From a virus, in the IMG/VR virus record IMGVR_UViG_3300017424_000001, positions 1-45,960 of that record: a DNA stretch of 45,960 bases, one strand, 5' to 3'. The notes beneath the pieces were generated by a model that was not told where the DNA came from, searched no databases, and worked only from the letters and a program-made list of their open reading frames with translations. The translations under genes and the position numbers were made by a program. Shown piece after piece: positions 16,053-25,229 of the stretch. Each line of letters begins with the position of its first letter. The first letter of the stretch is position 1.

Positions 16053-16064
16053 TGACGGCGGTAA
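16053..16064 (+). promoter_or_regulatory. Late-junction motif copy TGACGGCGGTAA
   Basis: 32 nt upstream of the SD-less ATG 16096, in a divergent intergenic gap. Confidence 0.4.
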
Positions 16065-16095
16065 TGGGGCAAGTCCATCCTGTTTAGTTCGCGGT

Positions 16096-17241
16096 ATGCT
16101 GTTCCAAGACCGCGCCCTTATTGATGGACCCGCCCGCATCACGCGGGAAGGGCACCTCGTCGCAACGGCGCGTGTGGCGCGCGCGAACAACGTCCAAGAT
16201 TACATGCCGGCAGAGATCGGCATGGCGCCTAAAGCCGATGGCCAGCCTTACCGGATCTTCCGGCCTGAGGCGGCAGTGTTCGCCAAGGACGCCATCGCCA
16301 GCGCCGCGCATCGGCCAATTACGATCAACCATCCCGCACAGGATGTCACCGCCGCCAACTGGAAGCAGCTGGCAGTAGGCGACACGGGCGGCGAGATCAT
16401 GCGGGACGGCGACTTCCTCCGCATCCCCGTGATGGTCATGGACGCTCGCGGTGTCGAAGCCGCCCAGCGCACGCATCAAGAGTTCAGCCTCGGCTATTCC
16501 GCGGACATCGACATGACGCCCGGCAAGTTCGGCGACGCCGAATACGACGGCAGCATGGCGAACATCCGGATCAACCATCTCGCGCTTTGCGGCACTGCCC
16601 GTGGAGGCGCCGAGCTGCGCATCGTTGACGAGCGCCCCGCACACCTTCGTGACCACCAGGAGCCTAAAAGCATGAAGATCACCATCGGCGACGCCAAGGA
16701 CGTTGACCTGAGCGACGGCGCTGCTGTTGCTCTCGCGGTCGGCGCCCTGAACACGACCCTGACGGACGCGCAGACGAAGGTGGGCACGCTCACCGCCGAT
16801 CTCGCGACCGCCAAGACGACCATCGAAGCACGCGACGGCACGATCGTTGCCCTGACCCAGCAGGTCAAGGACGCGGAAGTGACCCCGGCCAAGCTCCAGC
16901 AGCTTGCCGACGCCCGTTCGCTCGTCATCGGCAAGGCCAAGGCCCTGCATCCGACGATCGTCGTGGACGGCAAGACCGACGTCGAGATCCGCAAGGAGGC
17001 CGTGATGGCCAAGCTCGGCGACGCAGCCAAGGATATGGCCGACGCAGCGATCGAGGGCGCGTTCGTCGCGTTCACGAACGACGTCAAGGTCGGCGACGCG
17101 CGCAACATCGTCGTCCCGATCGGCGCACCGGTCGTGCTCGGTGATGCCGCCACGGAATACGCCAACGATCGCAACAAGCAGCGCCGCGCTATCGGCGACG
17201 CATGGCGCACGCCGTTCAACCCGGCCGATGCCGCAGCGTAA
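16096..17241 (+). CDS. DUF2213 prohead protease/scaffold-like protein
   Basis: N-terminus LIDGPARITREGHLVATARVARANNVQDY fits DUF2213. The C-terminal half is an Ala/Lys-rich coiled coil (scaffold-like). Confidence 0.7.
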   Translation: MLFQDRALIDGPARITREGHLVATARVARANNVQDYMPAEIGMAPKADGQPYRIFRPEAAVFAKDAIASAAHRPITINHPAQDVTAANWKQLAVGDTGGEIMRDGDFLRIPVMVMDARGVEAAQRTHQEFSLGYSADIDMTPGKFGDAEYDGSMANIRINHLALCGTARGGAELRIVDERPAHLRDHQEPKSMKITIGDAKDVDLSDGAAVALAVGALNTTLTDAQTKVGTLTADLATAKTTIEARDGTIVALTQQVKDAEVTPAKLQQLADARSLVIGKAKALHPTIVVDGKTDVEIRKEAVMAKLGDAAKDMADAAIEGAFVAFTNDVKVGDARNIVVPIGAPVVLGDAATEYANDRNKQRRAIGDAWRTPFNPADAAA

Positions 17242-17254
17242 GGGGGAATAGAAA

Positions 17255-17713
17255 ATGGCTTTCATCGCTCAGGATACCTACCTCACCGAATATGCTCGGG
17301 CGTTCCCCGGCATGCTCCTCGACGGCAACACCCAGTCGCGCCCGACCGGCATCATCCAGGATGCAGCCGGTATCGCGTTCGGCAAGGCGGCGTTCGGCAG
17401 CACGGTCAGCACTCGCTCGATCACCGGCACTCCCGGCACGAAGTTCAAGGGCATCGTCGTCGCTGACATCGGCGTGGTGCCGGGGCTCAACGGCACGGCT
17501 GACACGCACGGCCAGTACGGCACGTGCACCCTTTGCGACATGGGCGACATCGCCGTGATCGCGAGCGGCGCCGTGACCAAGGACGCTGCGGTCTACGTGA
17601 CCAGCGCAGGCGCCTTCACCGCGACCGCCACGAGCAACACCGCAATTCCGGCAACCTTCATGGATGCGGCTGCCAGCGGTGCAGTCGTCGGCATCCGCGT
17701 CGTGCAGCAGTAA
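17255..17713 (+). CDS. DUF2190-like capsid decoration/cement protein
   Basis: 152 aa, Gly/Ala/Thr-rich, between the scaffold and the major capsid protein. AAGGGGG SD. Confidence 0.55.
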   Translation: MAFIAQDTYLTEYARAFPGMLLDGNTQSRPTGIIQDAAGIAFGKAAFGSTVSTRSITGTPGTKFKGIVVADIGVVPGLNGTADTHGQYGTCTLCDMGDIAVIASGAVTKDAAVYVTSAGAFTATATSNTAIPATFMDAAASGAVVGIRVVQQ

Positions 17714-17720
17714 GGGGGCA

Positions 17721-18734
17721 ATGACAATGTACGCATCGAACACGATTCACCTGGGCGACGCGGCCCGCGACTTCGGCATCTCGCTCTCGCTGAACCTCAA
17801 CGATGCTCAGCAGGTCGTCGGCTTCGCCCAACCCGCGCTGTTCCGCACGCACCGGATGCTTCCGCAGAAGTATCCGTCGTTCGACTATGCCGGCCTCGTC
17901 CCGGTCAACACCGATGGTGACATGTGGGATGTCGGCACGCTCGTCTATTCGGGCGATGTCGCGGGCAAGGCCGAGTACCTCGGCGGCAAGGCGTTCGACG
18001 TTCCCAACGCGTCGATCAACTTCAACCAGGGTGTCAGCGCCTTCCACCTGGCGGGCGTCGGCTACGAGCTGTCGCGCCGTGAGGTCGAGCGCTTCGGCCG
18101 CATGGTCGCGCAGAACCCCGGCCTGACCGAGGGTGGAACGAACCTGGCAGAGCGCAAGGCCTCGGCTGCGCGCATGATCGCCGACAAGTTCGTCTACGAC
18201 CGGGTCATCCGCGGGAGTGTCGAGAAGGGCTTCCTCGGCATGATCAACCAGACGACCGTGCCGACCGCGAATGCGCCGACCGGTAACTGGGCAACGTCGA
18301 CGGCAACGCAGAAGCGTGCTGACGTCGATGCCGCGCTGACGGACGTCTACGTCAACACCCGCGAGACGGCGACGGCGAACGCGCTGCTCCTGCCGACCAG
18401 CAAGTTCCTGCTGATCAACTCGGCGGTCATGGACAACACGGGCGTGTCGGTGCTCGAGTATCTGCGCCGCAATAACGCCTATACCGCGATCACCAACCAG
18501 CCGCTCGACATCCGCCCCAGCCGCGAGCTGGAGACGGCGGGCGCGGGCTCGACGGGCCGCATGGTCGCTTACGAGAAGTCGCCGGACAACATGGAATTCT
18601 TCCTGCCTGGCATGTTCGAGTTCATGCCGCTGTTCCCGACCTCGTCGATGACGTGGCGTGTCGATGGCGTGATGAACGTCGGCCAGTTCGAGCTCTATCG
18701 TCCGAAGACGATGAGCTACCGCGACAACATTTAA
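17721..18734 (+). CDS. Major capsid protein (DUF2184 / HK97-fold type)
   Basis: ORF 17664..18734 trimmed to ATG 17721 (AAGGGGG at 17712-17718). 337 aa, with position and composition typical of DUF2184 capsid proteins. Confidence 0.75.
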   Translation: MTMYASNTIHLGDAARDFGISLSLNLNDAQQVVGFAQPALFRTHRMLPQKYPSFDYAGLVPVNTDGDMWDVGTLVYSGDVAGKAEYLGGKAFDVPNASINFNQGVSAFHLAGVGYELSRREVERFGRMVAQNPGLTEGGTNLAERKASAARMIADKFVYDRVIRGSVEKGFLGMINQTTVPTANAPTGNWATSTATQKRADVDAALTDVYVNTRETATANALLLPTSKFLLINSAVMDNTGVSVLEYLRRNNAYTAITNQPLDIRPSRELETAGAGSTGRMVAYEKSPDNMEFFLPGMFEFMPLFPTSSMTWRVDGVMNVGQFELYRPKTMSYRDNI

Positions 18735-18747
18735 GGGAGCCGGACCG

Positions 18748-19053
18748 ATGAAGAAGACCAACTATCAGCGCGGCCCCCGCGGTATCAATCTCGCCAACGG
18801 CACGACCTTCTGGGTCGAGCCGGGGCAGGAGGTGACGATCGGCGCCAAGGACAAGGACGGCAAGCAGCATCTTTCCGTCGACGGCAACGATCTCGAGATC
18901 AAGGGCGACCTGCCGGACTTCGGCCGTAAGGCCGATGCCGAGGCGGACGCTGCTGCCGGCGATCGGATCGAAGCGCTTGAGGCTGAGAACGGCGATCTGA
19001 AGAACCAGATTGCGGATCTCACGAAGAAGCTGGCGGATGCGACCAAGAAGTAA
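18748..19053 (+). CDS. Hypothetical head-associated protein with a C-terminal coiled coil
   Basis: ORF track. AAGGGAG SD. Confidence 0.5.
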   Translation: MKKTNYQRGPRGINLANGTTFWVEPGQEVTIGAKDKDGKQHLSVDGNDLEIKGDLPDFGRKADAEADAAAGDRIEALEAENGDLKNQIADLTKKLADATKK

Positions 19054-19077
19054 ACGCCAGTCGACGGTTTAACATAT

Positions 19078-19110
19078 GGGGCCGCTTCACTTCGGTGCGG
19101 CGGCCCTTTT
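19078..19110 (+). terminator. Rho-independent terminator after the capsid genes
   Basis: GGGCCGC (19079-19085) pairs with GCGGCCC (19100-19106). Inner CAC-UUCG-GUG hairpin. Followed by TTTT (19107-19110). Confidence 0.75.
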
Positions 19111-19124
19111 CGTAGGAGGCCGGG

Positions 19125-19574
19125 GTGGCTGACGAGCGGAAAGTCAACGACGTGCTGGTCTATCAGGACAGCGCGGGTTTCTATCGGGAGCGTCCCGTCG
19201 ACACCGCTGGATCCGGCAACGGAACCGCGCCGTCCGGCACCCCTGCGATCACGCAGACCTATGGCATGGATACCGCAGACGATGGGCTCAACCCTGTCGT
19301 CGTGAGCACGTCTCCCGTCGTGCTGATGAGCGCTGATGCCTATAATGCGCGCAATGGCGGTGTGCGGCTAAACCTGTACGACCAGACGACGGCACCCAAG
19401 GCCAGCGACACGCCGAAATGGTCGGTCTACTTCCCCGGCCTGACCAGCGGCGGGCGTGAGTGGGCGAGCGGGCTGCGGTTCAACGTCGGTCTGGCCTTCA
19501 TGCTGGTCCCCGACGACGCCCCTGGCCTCATGGCTGGCGACATCATGAGCCTCAATCTGGGTTATTCGTCGTGA
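19125..19574 (+). CDS. Hypothetical structural-module protein
   Basis: AGGAGG then GTG 19125. 149 aa, beta-rich. Confidence 0.5.
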   Translation: MADERKVNDVLVYQDSAGFYRERPVDTAGSGNGTAPSGTPAITQTYGMDTADDGLNPVVVSTSPVVLMSADAYNARNGGVRLNLYDQTTAPKASDTPKWSVYFPGLTSGGREWASGLRFNVGLAFMLVPDDAPGLMAGDIMSLNLGYSS

Positions 19575-19948
19575 GCTTCGCCTTCAAGCGCATGACGCGG
19601 GCGCTGTTGGTGCCGGTGGTCAACACGCCTACTGCCGCGACCGCGCTGGCCGTGCCCACCGGGTTCATCAAGCCGAGCTACAACGCATTCCAGATCTTCA
19701 ACCCGAACAGCTGTGTCGTGGGCTTGCGTGGCACCTCGAGGCCGACCGGGCAGCCGGTGCCAACCTCGCCGCTGATCGTCTATGATGGCGGTGTCGATTG
19801 GGAATTTCCGCCCGGTTTCGTTGGCGTCTACTCGACGCAGTATCCGTTCTTCATGTCGGCTGCGGCAATGTCGGTACCTGCTTATCCGGACGTTCCTGGC
19901 GATAGCGGGCTGCTCCCGTTGCGACTGATGTACGGGGTCGGGCAGTGA
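19571..19948 (+). CDS. Hypothetical structural-module protein
   Basis: GTG 19571 overlaps the upstream stop (GTGA). In frame with ORF 19460..19948. Confidence 0.5.
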   Translation: MSFAFKRMTRALLVPVVNTPTAATALAVPTGFIKPSYNAFQIFNPNSCVVGLRGTSRPTGQPVPTSPLIVYDGGVDWEFPPGFVGVYSTQYPFFMSAAAMSVPAYPDVPGDSGLLPLRLMYGVGQ

Positions 19949-20487
19949 TCCGATCGCTGGGCTGGGGACGGCGCGGGCCGCAGGGTGCGACCGGTCCAAA
20001 GGGCGATGCTGGTCCGACCGGCGCGAAAGGCGACGCGGGTAGTGCGGGGCCGGCCGGGAGTGCCGGCACTGCAGGTATCAAGGGCGACACTGGCGCGACT
20101 GGGGCAACGGGGCCGAAAGGCGACACCGGGGTTGCAGGACCGCAGGGCGTAGCAGGCGCGCAAGGGGCCACAGGAGCCCAAGGCGCGACGGGCGCGACAG
20201 GTGCGACCGGAGCAAGCGGCGCGGCTCTGATCGGCTCTGCTACGGTGGCTGAGACGGCGACGCTCGCCATCCTGGCAGGAGTCCGCAAAGTAACCGTGAC
20301 CGTAGCGGGGGTTGTCACTGGCGGCAACTATCTGCTGTTCCCCACCGGAGCCACACCCGCAGGCTATGCGCTTGCCGATGTGGTGGCAACCGCGGCGAAC
20401 ACGCTGCAGGTTACGGTCACTGTGCCCGCGATCGTAGTGGGCGGTGCCTATTCCATTCCATGTCGTGTGGTCAGGATCATCACCTAA
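19945..20487 (+). CDS. Collagen-like (Gly-X-Y) fibre protein
   Basis: 28 uninterrupted G-X-Y triplets (nt 19975-20226) followed by a roughly 85-aa globular C-terminus. GTGA overlap start. Confidence 0.8.
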   Translation: MIRSLGWGRRGPQGATGPKGDAGPTGAKGDAGSAGPAGSAGTAGIKGDTGATGATGPKGDTGVAGPQGVAGAQGATGAQGATGATGATGASGAALIGSATVAETATLAILAGVRKVTVTVAGVVTGGNYLLFPTGATPAGYALADVVATAANTLQVTVTVPAIVVGGAYSIPCRVVRIIT

Positions 20488-20496
20488 CGGCGGCAA
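20485..20496 (+). promoter_or_regulatory. Late-junction motif copy TAACGGCGGCAA
   Basis: Embeds the stop TAA of the collagen-like gene. 34 nt upstream of the SD-less ATG 20530. Confidence 0.35.
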
Positions 20497-20529
20497 ATCC
20501 GACGCCCCGCGTGCGGCACCGTTCGCCGC

Positions 20530-23151
20530 ATGGCATTCAGCGCGCTCTCCCTGTCAACCATCACGGGCGTTCAGGGCCGCCCGTATCGTGCAGTCCTCTC
20601 GGGTCTGCAGGCGGATTCTCGTATCGAGATCGGGGGGGACGGCTCGCCGGGCTTCTCCTACGTCAACGGGCGGTTTTCATCGGAAGGATTGCCCTATCCC
20701 GTGTCGACGCTGGTCTTTGACGAGATCCGACCGGGTGAGGGGCGCAAGCAGTGGCGCTTCGACATCAGCGCAGCCGGCGCGCCTGTCGCATCCATCGCGA
20801 CCGATGGCACGATCACCTATACCGGCGCTGGTGGCGGCGCTCCTACCGCGCAGGCAGGCACGGCATCGAATGCCGGCCCCGTCTACACGATCGCCCGCCT
20901 GCTGGGCTCGACGTCCACGCTTTCCCTGATCACCGGCACGAATAGCAACCTGACGCTGAACGCCACGACCGGCGTGATCAGCGCGACCGCGGCGATTGCA
21001 GTTGGCGCATCGCAGACGGCTGTGGTGTCTGAAACCAACGGCTCGCTGCGAGTGGACTATCCTGTCGTCGTGACCGGCGTGTCGGCTACTCCGACGCCTA
21101 CCCCAACACCCACCCCTACGCCAACGCCAACGCCAAGCGCGTTCTCGATGACGCAACTCGCCTCGCCCAACCGGGTCTATCAGCGCAGCACGACGTCCGA
21201 TGGCGGGCAGTCCAAGGGGCGCGGCACTGTGCCCGTAGCTCTCGATGTCTCTGCAATCGGCAGCGTCTATGCGCGGGTGCGCGCCGCGGACGGCACCACG
21301 GTCCTTCAGCCCTCTTGGGTTGCGGCGACCACGACGGCCACGGGCGCGCAGACAGTACCCGTCGCGGGCGTCGATGCACGCCTCGGTTGGTTCTATCTTG
21401 ATATGTCAGGTGACGGTGCGACATGGCAGAACGGCACCGTGCTCGTCGGTATGGGCCGCTTGGTCGCAGTCGCAGGTCAGTCGCAGGCCGCACGCCTGTT
21501 CCGCAAGCAGCCAACGTATGCCGGGACCAACGCGTCGCTGGGCGTCACCATCGATCCGAACTCGGCTGTCTTCGCAGCTTATACCGAATCGCCGAAGAAC
21601 CTCACCACCGCCTATTGGGCGCTTCCCGCTGATGGCGGCGACTTCGATTCTACGTTCCTGAGCGAGTTCCTTCGCCGTCAGGTCGCGGTGTCGGGCGTGA
21701 ACTGCGCCCAGATTGGCTACGCGGCAGGCGGTACGCAGATCGCGACATGGCTTGCCGGTCAGACGAACAATCTTAAGCTCCGCGCAGTGCTCGACGCCGC
21801 CGGTGGCTTTGAGGCGTTCTACTGGTGGCAGGGCGGCGATGACGCAGGCGCGGGCACGACCTATACCAATTACAAGAACGGCCTCGCCAATGTGTTTGGC
21901 GACCTCGCATCGCGCAATGCGGCACGCGGTTCTTCGTTCGAGAAATACATCACGGCGTTCGGCACGCGCTTGACTGGCGCTGCTGGCACGGTTGCACAGA
22001 ACCAAGCGATCCGGCGCGCGGCATCCGACTTCGCGAGCGTCAACAGCGCTACCTATCTCGAGCCGCACGACATTGTTCTCGAGGATGACGTTCACCAGGG
22101 TCAGCCGGGCAACATCACTGCCGCGCGTCACCTGCATCGCGCCACGCGGCCAGCCTTTGCTCTCGCGGGCGACGACACGGGTCCGGTGGTCGCAAGTGCG
22201 ACTCGCGCCTCCGGTTCGCTAGATATTGTGCTGACGATGACGATGCCAACTGGAGCAACAGCGCTCGTCAGTGTTGGCGCGCCAGCCCCCAGGTTCTCAG
22301 TCTTTGCGACTGGCGCCGTCACCAGCCCTCTCGCCCTCGACGCGACAACGCCAATCGTGGTCGGCACCAATACGGTCACGCTTCGCCTCGCGGCGGATCC
22401 CGGCGCTGTAGCTTTGGATGTCTACGCCTTCATTCATCCTGACCCCAGCGGAACGACGCCAGACCAGAACATCGTCTACGACAACCATGTCGATGGCGAC
22501 GGAATCACGGTCGGGCGACACGTCCAGCCGACGATCGTCGCGGTGGTCGCGCCTGCTCCTTCAGCGCCCGGCGTCACCACGACGTTCAGTGACAGCTATG
22601 CGGGCACGTCGGGGTCCGGTCTCGCTGCGCACAACCCGGAGACGCCAAGCACCGCAACCTACACGGTGCAGGTCGGTACGGCGGTCCTAAGCTCGGCCAA
22701 CCGTGCGCGTGCGGGCACGACGCCAATGACGAGCAAGTGTTCGTTCTCGCCGACTGCTGCTAACTATGATCTGGAAGTTGATCTCACGATCCTGACGACC
22801 ACGGCTAACGGTTTCATGACCTTTGCCCATGGAGACAGCACGAACTTCCGGTTGTTCGGTTTCAATACGGCAACGAATGGCTGGACCATCGGCGAAACGG
22901 TAGGCGGGACGTTCACCGCGCGTGCCAATCTCGTCGAGACGGTATCGGCCGGTACGACGTATCGAGCCGTTCTCCAGGTCCGCGGCTCGGTAGCGACGCT
23001 GCTGATCAATGGCGTGCAGAAGGCAACCTACACCTACGGCACCGCTCCATCGGGCACCATTGGTCTGCGGGTTGGAGGCTCGGCCTCCACCAACTCCGAC
23101 AGCTCGGGCATCCACTTCGATAACGTCGCAGTCAAGGAGTACGCAGCATGA
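20530..23151 (+). CDS. 873-aa multidomain fibre/spike protein: (TP)8 linker, SASA-like carbohydrate O-acetylesterase core, C-terminal LamG/ConA-like lectin domain
   Basis: (TP)8 at nt 21088-21135. VAVAGQSQAARLF and FYWWQGGDDAG resemble the GQSN and W-x-QGE-x-D blocks of sialate O-acetylesterase (SASA/DUF303). The C-terminus ...GTIGLRVGGSASTNSDSSGIHFDNVAVKEY is LamG-like. Confidence 0.6.
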   Translation: MAFSALSLSTITGVQGRPYRAVLSGLQADSRIEIGGDGSPGFSYVNGRFSSEGLPYPVSTLVFDEIRPGEGRKQWRFDISAAGAPVASIATDGTITYTGAGGGAPTAQAGTASNAGPVYTIARLLGSTSTLSLITGTNSNLTLNATTGVISATAAIAVGASQTAVVSETNGSLRVDYPVVVTGVSATPTPTPTPTPTPTPTPSAFSMTQLASPNRVYQRSTTSDGGQSKGRGTVPVALDVSAIGSVYARVRAADGTTVLQPSWVAATTTATGAQTVPVAGVDARLGWFYLDMSGDGATWQNGTVLVGMGRLVAVAGQSQAARLFRKQPTYAGTNASLGVTIDPNSAVFAAYTESPKNLTTAYWALPADGGDFDSTFLSEFLRRQVAVSGVNCAQIGYAAGGTQIATWLAGQTNNLKLRAVLDAAGGFEAFYWWQGGDDAGAGTTYTNYKNGLANVFGDLASRNAARGSSFEKYITAFGTRLTGAAGTVAQNQAIRRAASDFASVNSATYLEPHDIVLEDDVHQGQPGNITAARHLHRATRPAFALAGDDTGPVVASATRASGSLDIVLTMTMPTGATALVSVGAPAPRFSVFATGAVTSPLALDATTPIVVGTNTVTLRLAADPGAVALDVYAFIHPDPSGTTPDQNIVYDNHVDGDGITVGRHVQPTIVAVVAPAPSAPGVTTTFSDSYAGTSGSGLAAHNPETPSTATYTVQVGTAVLSSANRARAGTTPMTSKCSFSPTAANYDLEVDLTILTTTANGFMTFAHGDSTNFRLFGFNTATNGWTIGETVGGTFTARANLVETVSAGTTYRAVLQVRGSVATLLINGVQKATYTYGTAPSGTIGLRVGGSASTNSDSSGIHFDNVAVKEYAA

Positions 23152-23348
23152 GCCGTGCAACGGCCTCAGGGCTTACTAGCGTAGCAATCAAGGCACTCAT
23201 CGTCGGCGGGCATCGTCTGCGCGCCGCATCGGCAGACGCCAGACAAGCGCCGCTGTTCTCGTTCGGGGTCAGGCTTGCCCCACCAATCGCGCAAGATGGC
23301 GATCAATCCGCGGTGCCTTTGATGCTCTGTCATAGCCAGAGTCTAGGT

Positions 23349-24452
23349 GTGGGGAAGGGGAAGTCAAAGGCATTCCCTATCTTACTCGCTAGCACCCTCA
23401 TCGCTTCGCCGATCGCAGCGCAGACGACGTACAGCGCTACCGATCTCGACAGCAACGGGGACGGGAAGGTGTTCCTGACCAAGGCGCGGGACGGGTTCAA
23501 GGCCAAGCAGGTGCTGGTGCTGTGTCCTGATCTGGCACGCTTCACCTACGCGGTGACGTGCCCGGTTGCGGCTCCGGTGTCGGCTGTCGCTGCGCCGCGG
23601 ATCACGACCGCGTGCAAGGATCTCGGGGCAAGCGCACAGTGGACCTATGCGGCGACGGGCGGCACCTATGGCAACGTCTGCATCACCCGCGCCATGGACG
23701 CTGTGCCGCTATCCGGCTCGCTTGATGCGCCACGCGTGTTTCAGGACATCACGGCGCCAGCGACGCGCGGCTTCATGACGCAGAAGTCGACCGCATGGCA
23801 GCCGTTCGCCAACGTCACGATCCAGCGCATCGACATCGCCAGCCGCAAGCGTGGTATCTTCATCCGTGGCGGCTCGCATGACTGGCTGATTCAGGACTTC
23901 CGGATCCGTGGCATCGGCGTCAACACGTCGCCCGGGGACATTCCGGTCGGGATCGGCATGGGTGGCGCGAAGAACATCACCATCCGCCGAGGTGAGATCT
24001 CGGACTTCAAGACGGCGCTGTCCGGCTCGGGTTACGACAATGCGGACTGCCTGAGTGCCGAGCGCGGAGACAGCTTTACCGCAACCGATCTATACCTGCA
24101 TGACTGCACCGACGGCGGGATCGACACGAAGGCAACGACCACGCTGGACCGCATCCGTGTCGCCAACATCGGACACTACAGCTATCGCTTCTGGGCCATC
24201 GTCAACGCCGGCACGCTGACCTCCGAGAACCCTGACGGCGCGCACATCCAGATCGCGGCTGCATCGACTGACGTGACAATCGACAAGCTGATCGCAGTCG
24301 GGCCCCGCGCCATTATCACGGTCGACAGCAAAGGAATCGGGGGCAAGATCACGATCAAGGAGTGCGACCTGTCGAAGTGGACGGGCACCTCTTTGCTGGG
24401 GGGATTCTACACGCGCGCCAAGATCACGCTTGGCAAGGGGTGCGCGCGGTGA
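23349..24452 (+). CDS. Right-handed beta-helix (pectate-lyase-like) protein with a Sec-type signal peptide
   Basis: In frame with ORF 23148..24452. GTG 23349 gives MGKGKSKAFPILLASTLIASPIAAQTT (n-h-c signal peptide). The repetitive ITIRRGEISD / LYLHDCTDGGID segments are beta-helix-like. Alternative start ATG 23148 (ATGA overlap) or ATG 23322. Confidence 0.5.
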   Translation: MGKGKSKAFPILLASTLIASPIAAQTTYSATDLDSNGDGKVFLTKARDGFKAKQVLVLCPDLARFTYAVTCPVAAPVSAVAAPRITTACKDLGASAQWTYAATGGTYGNVCITRAMDAVPLSGSLDAPRVFQDITAPATRGFMTQKSTAWQPFANVTIQRIDIASRKRGIFIRGGSHDWLIQDFRIRGIGVNTSPGDIPVGIGMGGAKNITIRRGEISDFKTALSGSGYDNADCLSAERGDSFTATDLYLHDCTDGGIDTKATTTLDRIRVANIGHYSYRFWAIVNAGTLTSENPDGAHIQIAAASTDVTIDKLIAVGPRAIITVDSKGIGGKITIKECDLSKWTGTSLLGGFYTRAKITLGKGCAR

Positions 24453-24847
24453 TCGATCCGGCCACGCTCCGTTTGCGCTACGCCGCTTTCGAGAACGTCA
24501 CCGACGAGCGGATCCAGTATTGGCTGACCGACGCCGGCCGCATCGTGACCGAAGATTGGGGCGACGACTACGAGCCCGCCACGCTTGCCCTCGCCGCGTA
24601 CCACATGAGCGCCAACCGCGTGCCCGGCATGACGCTTGATGCATCCGAGCAGCTGCCGGCGGGCGTCACCCGCTTTCGGTCTGCAAGTATGGACGTCGGC
24701 CTGTCGGATGCCGCGGCTAATCGCGCTGTGCTCGGGGGCTACTCGTCGAATGTCTACGGCCAGGAATTTTTACCGATGCTTCGGCGCAACCGCGGCGGTC
24801 CGCGTCTCGTCGGCTATGTCGAGCCGTGCGAGGTCTGCTGGTCGTGA
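24449..24847 (+). CDS. Head-tail connector protein (gp6/DUF4054-like)
   Basis: GTG 24449 (GTGA overlap). YAAFENVTDERIQYWLTDAGRIVTEDWGDDYEPATLALAAYHMS is typical of the family. Confidence 0.55.
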   Translation: MIDPATLRLRYAAFENVTDERIQYWLTDAGRIVTEDWGDDYEPATLALAAYHMSANRVPGMTLDASEQLPAGVTRFRSASMDVGLSDAAANRAVLGGYSSNVYGQEFLPMLRRNRGGPRLVGYVEPCEVCWS

Positions 24848-25221
24848 GCATCGCCGATGCCTTCGCGGGGATCGCGGTTGCGTTCTCCACCGCGGGGCTG
24901 GGGCCTTACTTTGCGAGCGTGGCGCATTGGCCAGGCGTGCCGGTGACTGACGACGGTGGGAGCATCACGACGCCCGGGACGCCGATCGAGCTGCCCTGCA
25001 TGGCGCAGGTGGACTCGGCAACACAGTCAATGCGCGCTGAGGCGGGGTATGTAGGAACCGACGTTGCGCTGTTGGTCCTGTGCGCAACGCTGGACGGCGC
25101 TCTGGACACCAATGCGACCGTCGAGGTGACTGCGGGGCCGAACGCCGGCAGCTACAGCGTGCAGTCTGTTAGCAAGGACCCGATGGGGAGCCACTGGTTA
25201 TGCCGCGGACGGGCCGCCTAA
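24844..25221 (+). CDS. Putative head-closure/head-tail joining protein
   Basis: GTG 24844 (GTGA overlap). Size and position fit between the connector and the gp10-like gene. Confidence 0.4.
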   Translation: MSIADAFAGIAVAFSTAGLGPYFASVAHWPGVPVTDDGGSITTPGTPIELPCMAQVDSATQSMRAEAGYVGTDVALLVLCATLDGALDTNATVEVTAGPNAGSYSVQSVSKDPMGSHWLCRGRAA

Positions 25222-25229
25222 TCTCGCCA

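Noticed and set aside
16052-16090. Reading the late-junction motif as an ordinary sigma-70 promoter (TTGACGG as the -35)
   Set aside because: The best -10-like hexamers lie about 26-27 nt downstream of the TTGACG-like hexamer, far outside the 16-19-nt window. No TAnnnT is present at 17 nt. The motif is reported as an unexplained element instead.
19975-21135. CRISPR-like or tandem-repeat array signal from the G-X-Y region and the (TP)8 region
   Set aside because: Both are in-frame coding repeats: collagen-like triplets and a Thr-Pro linker. There is no spacer-repeat architecture and there are no cas genes.
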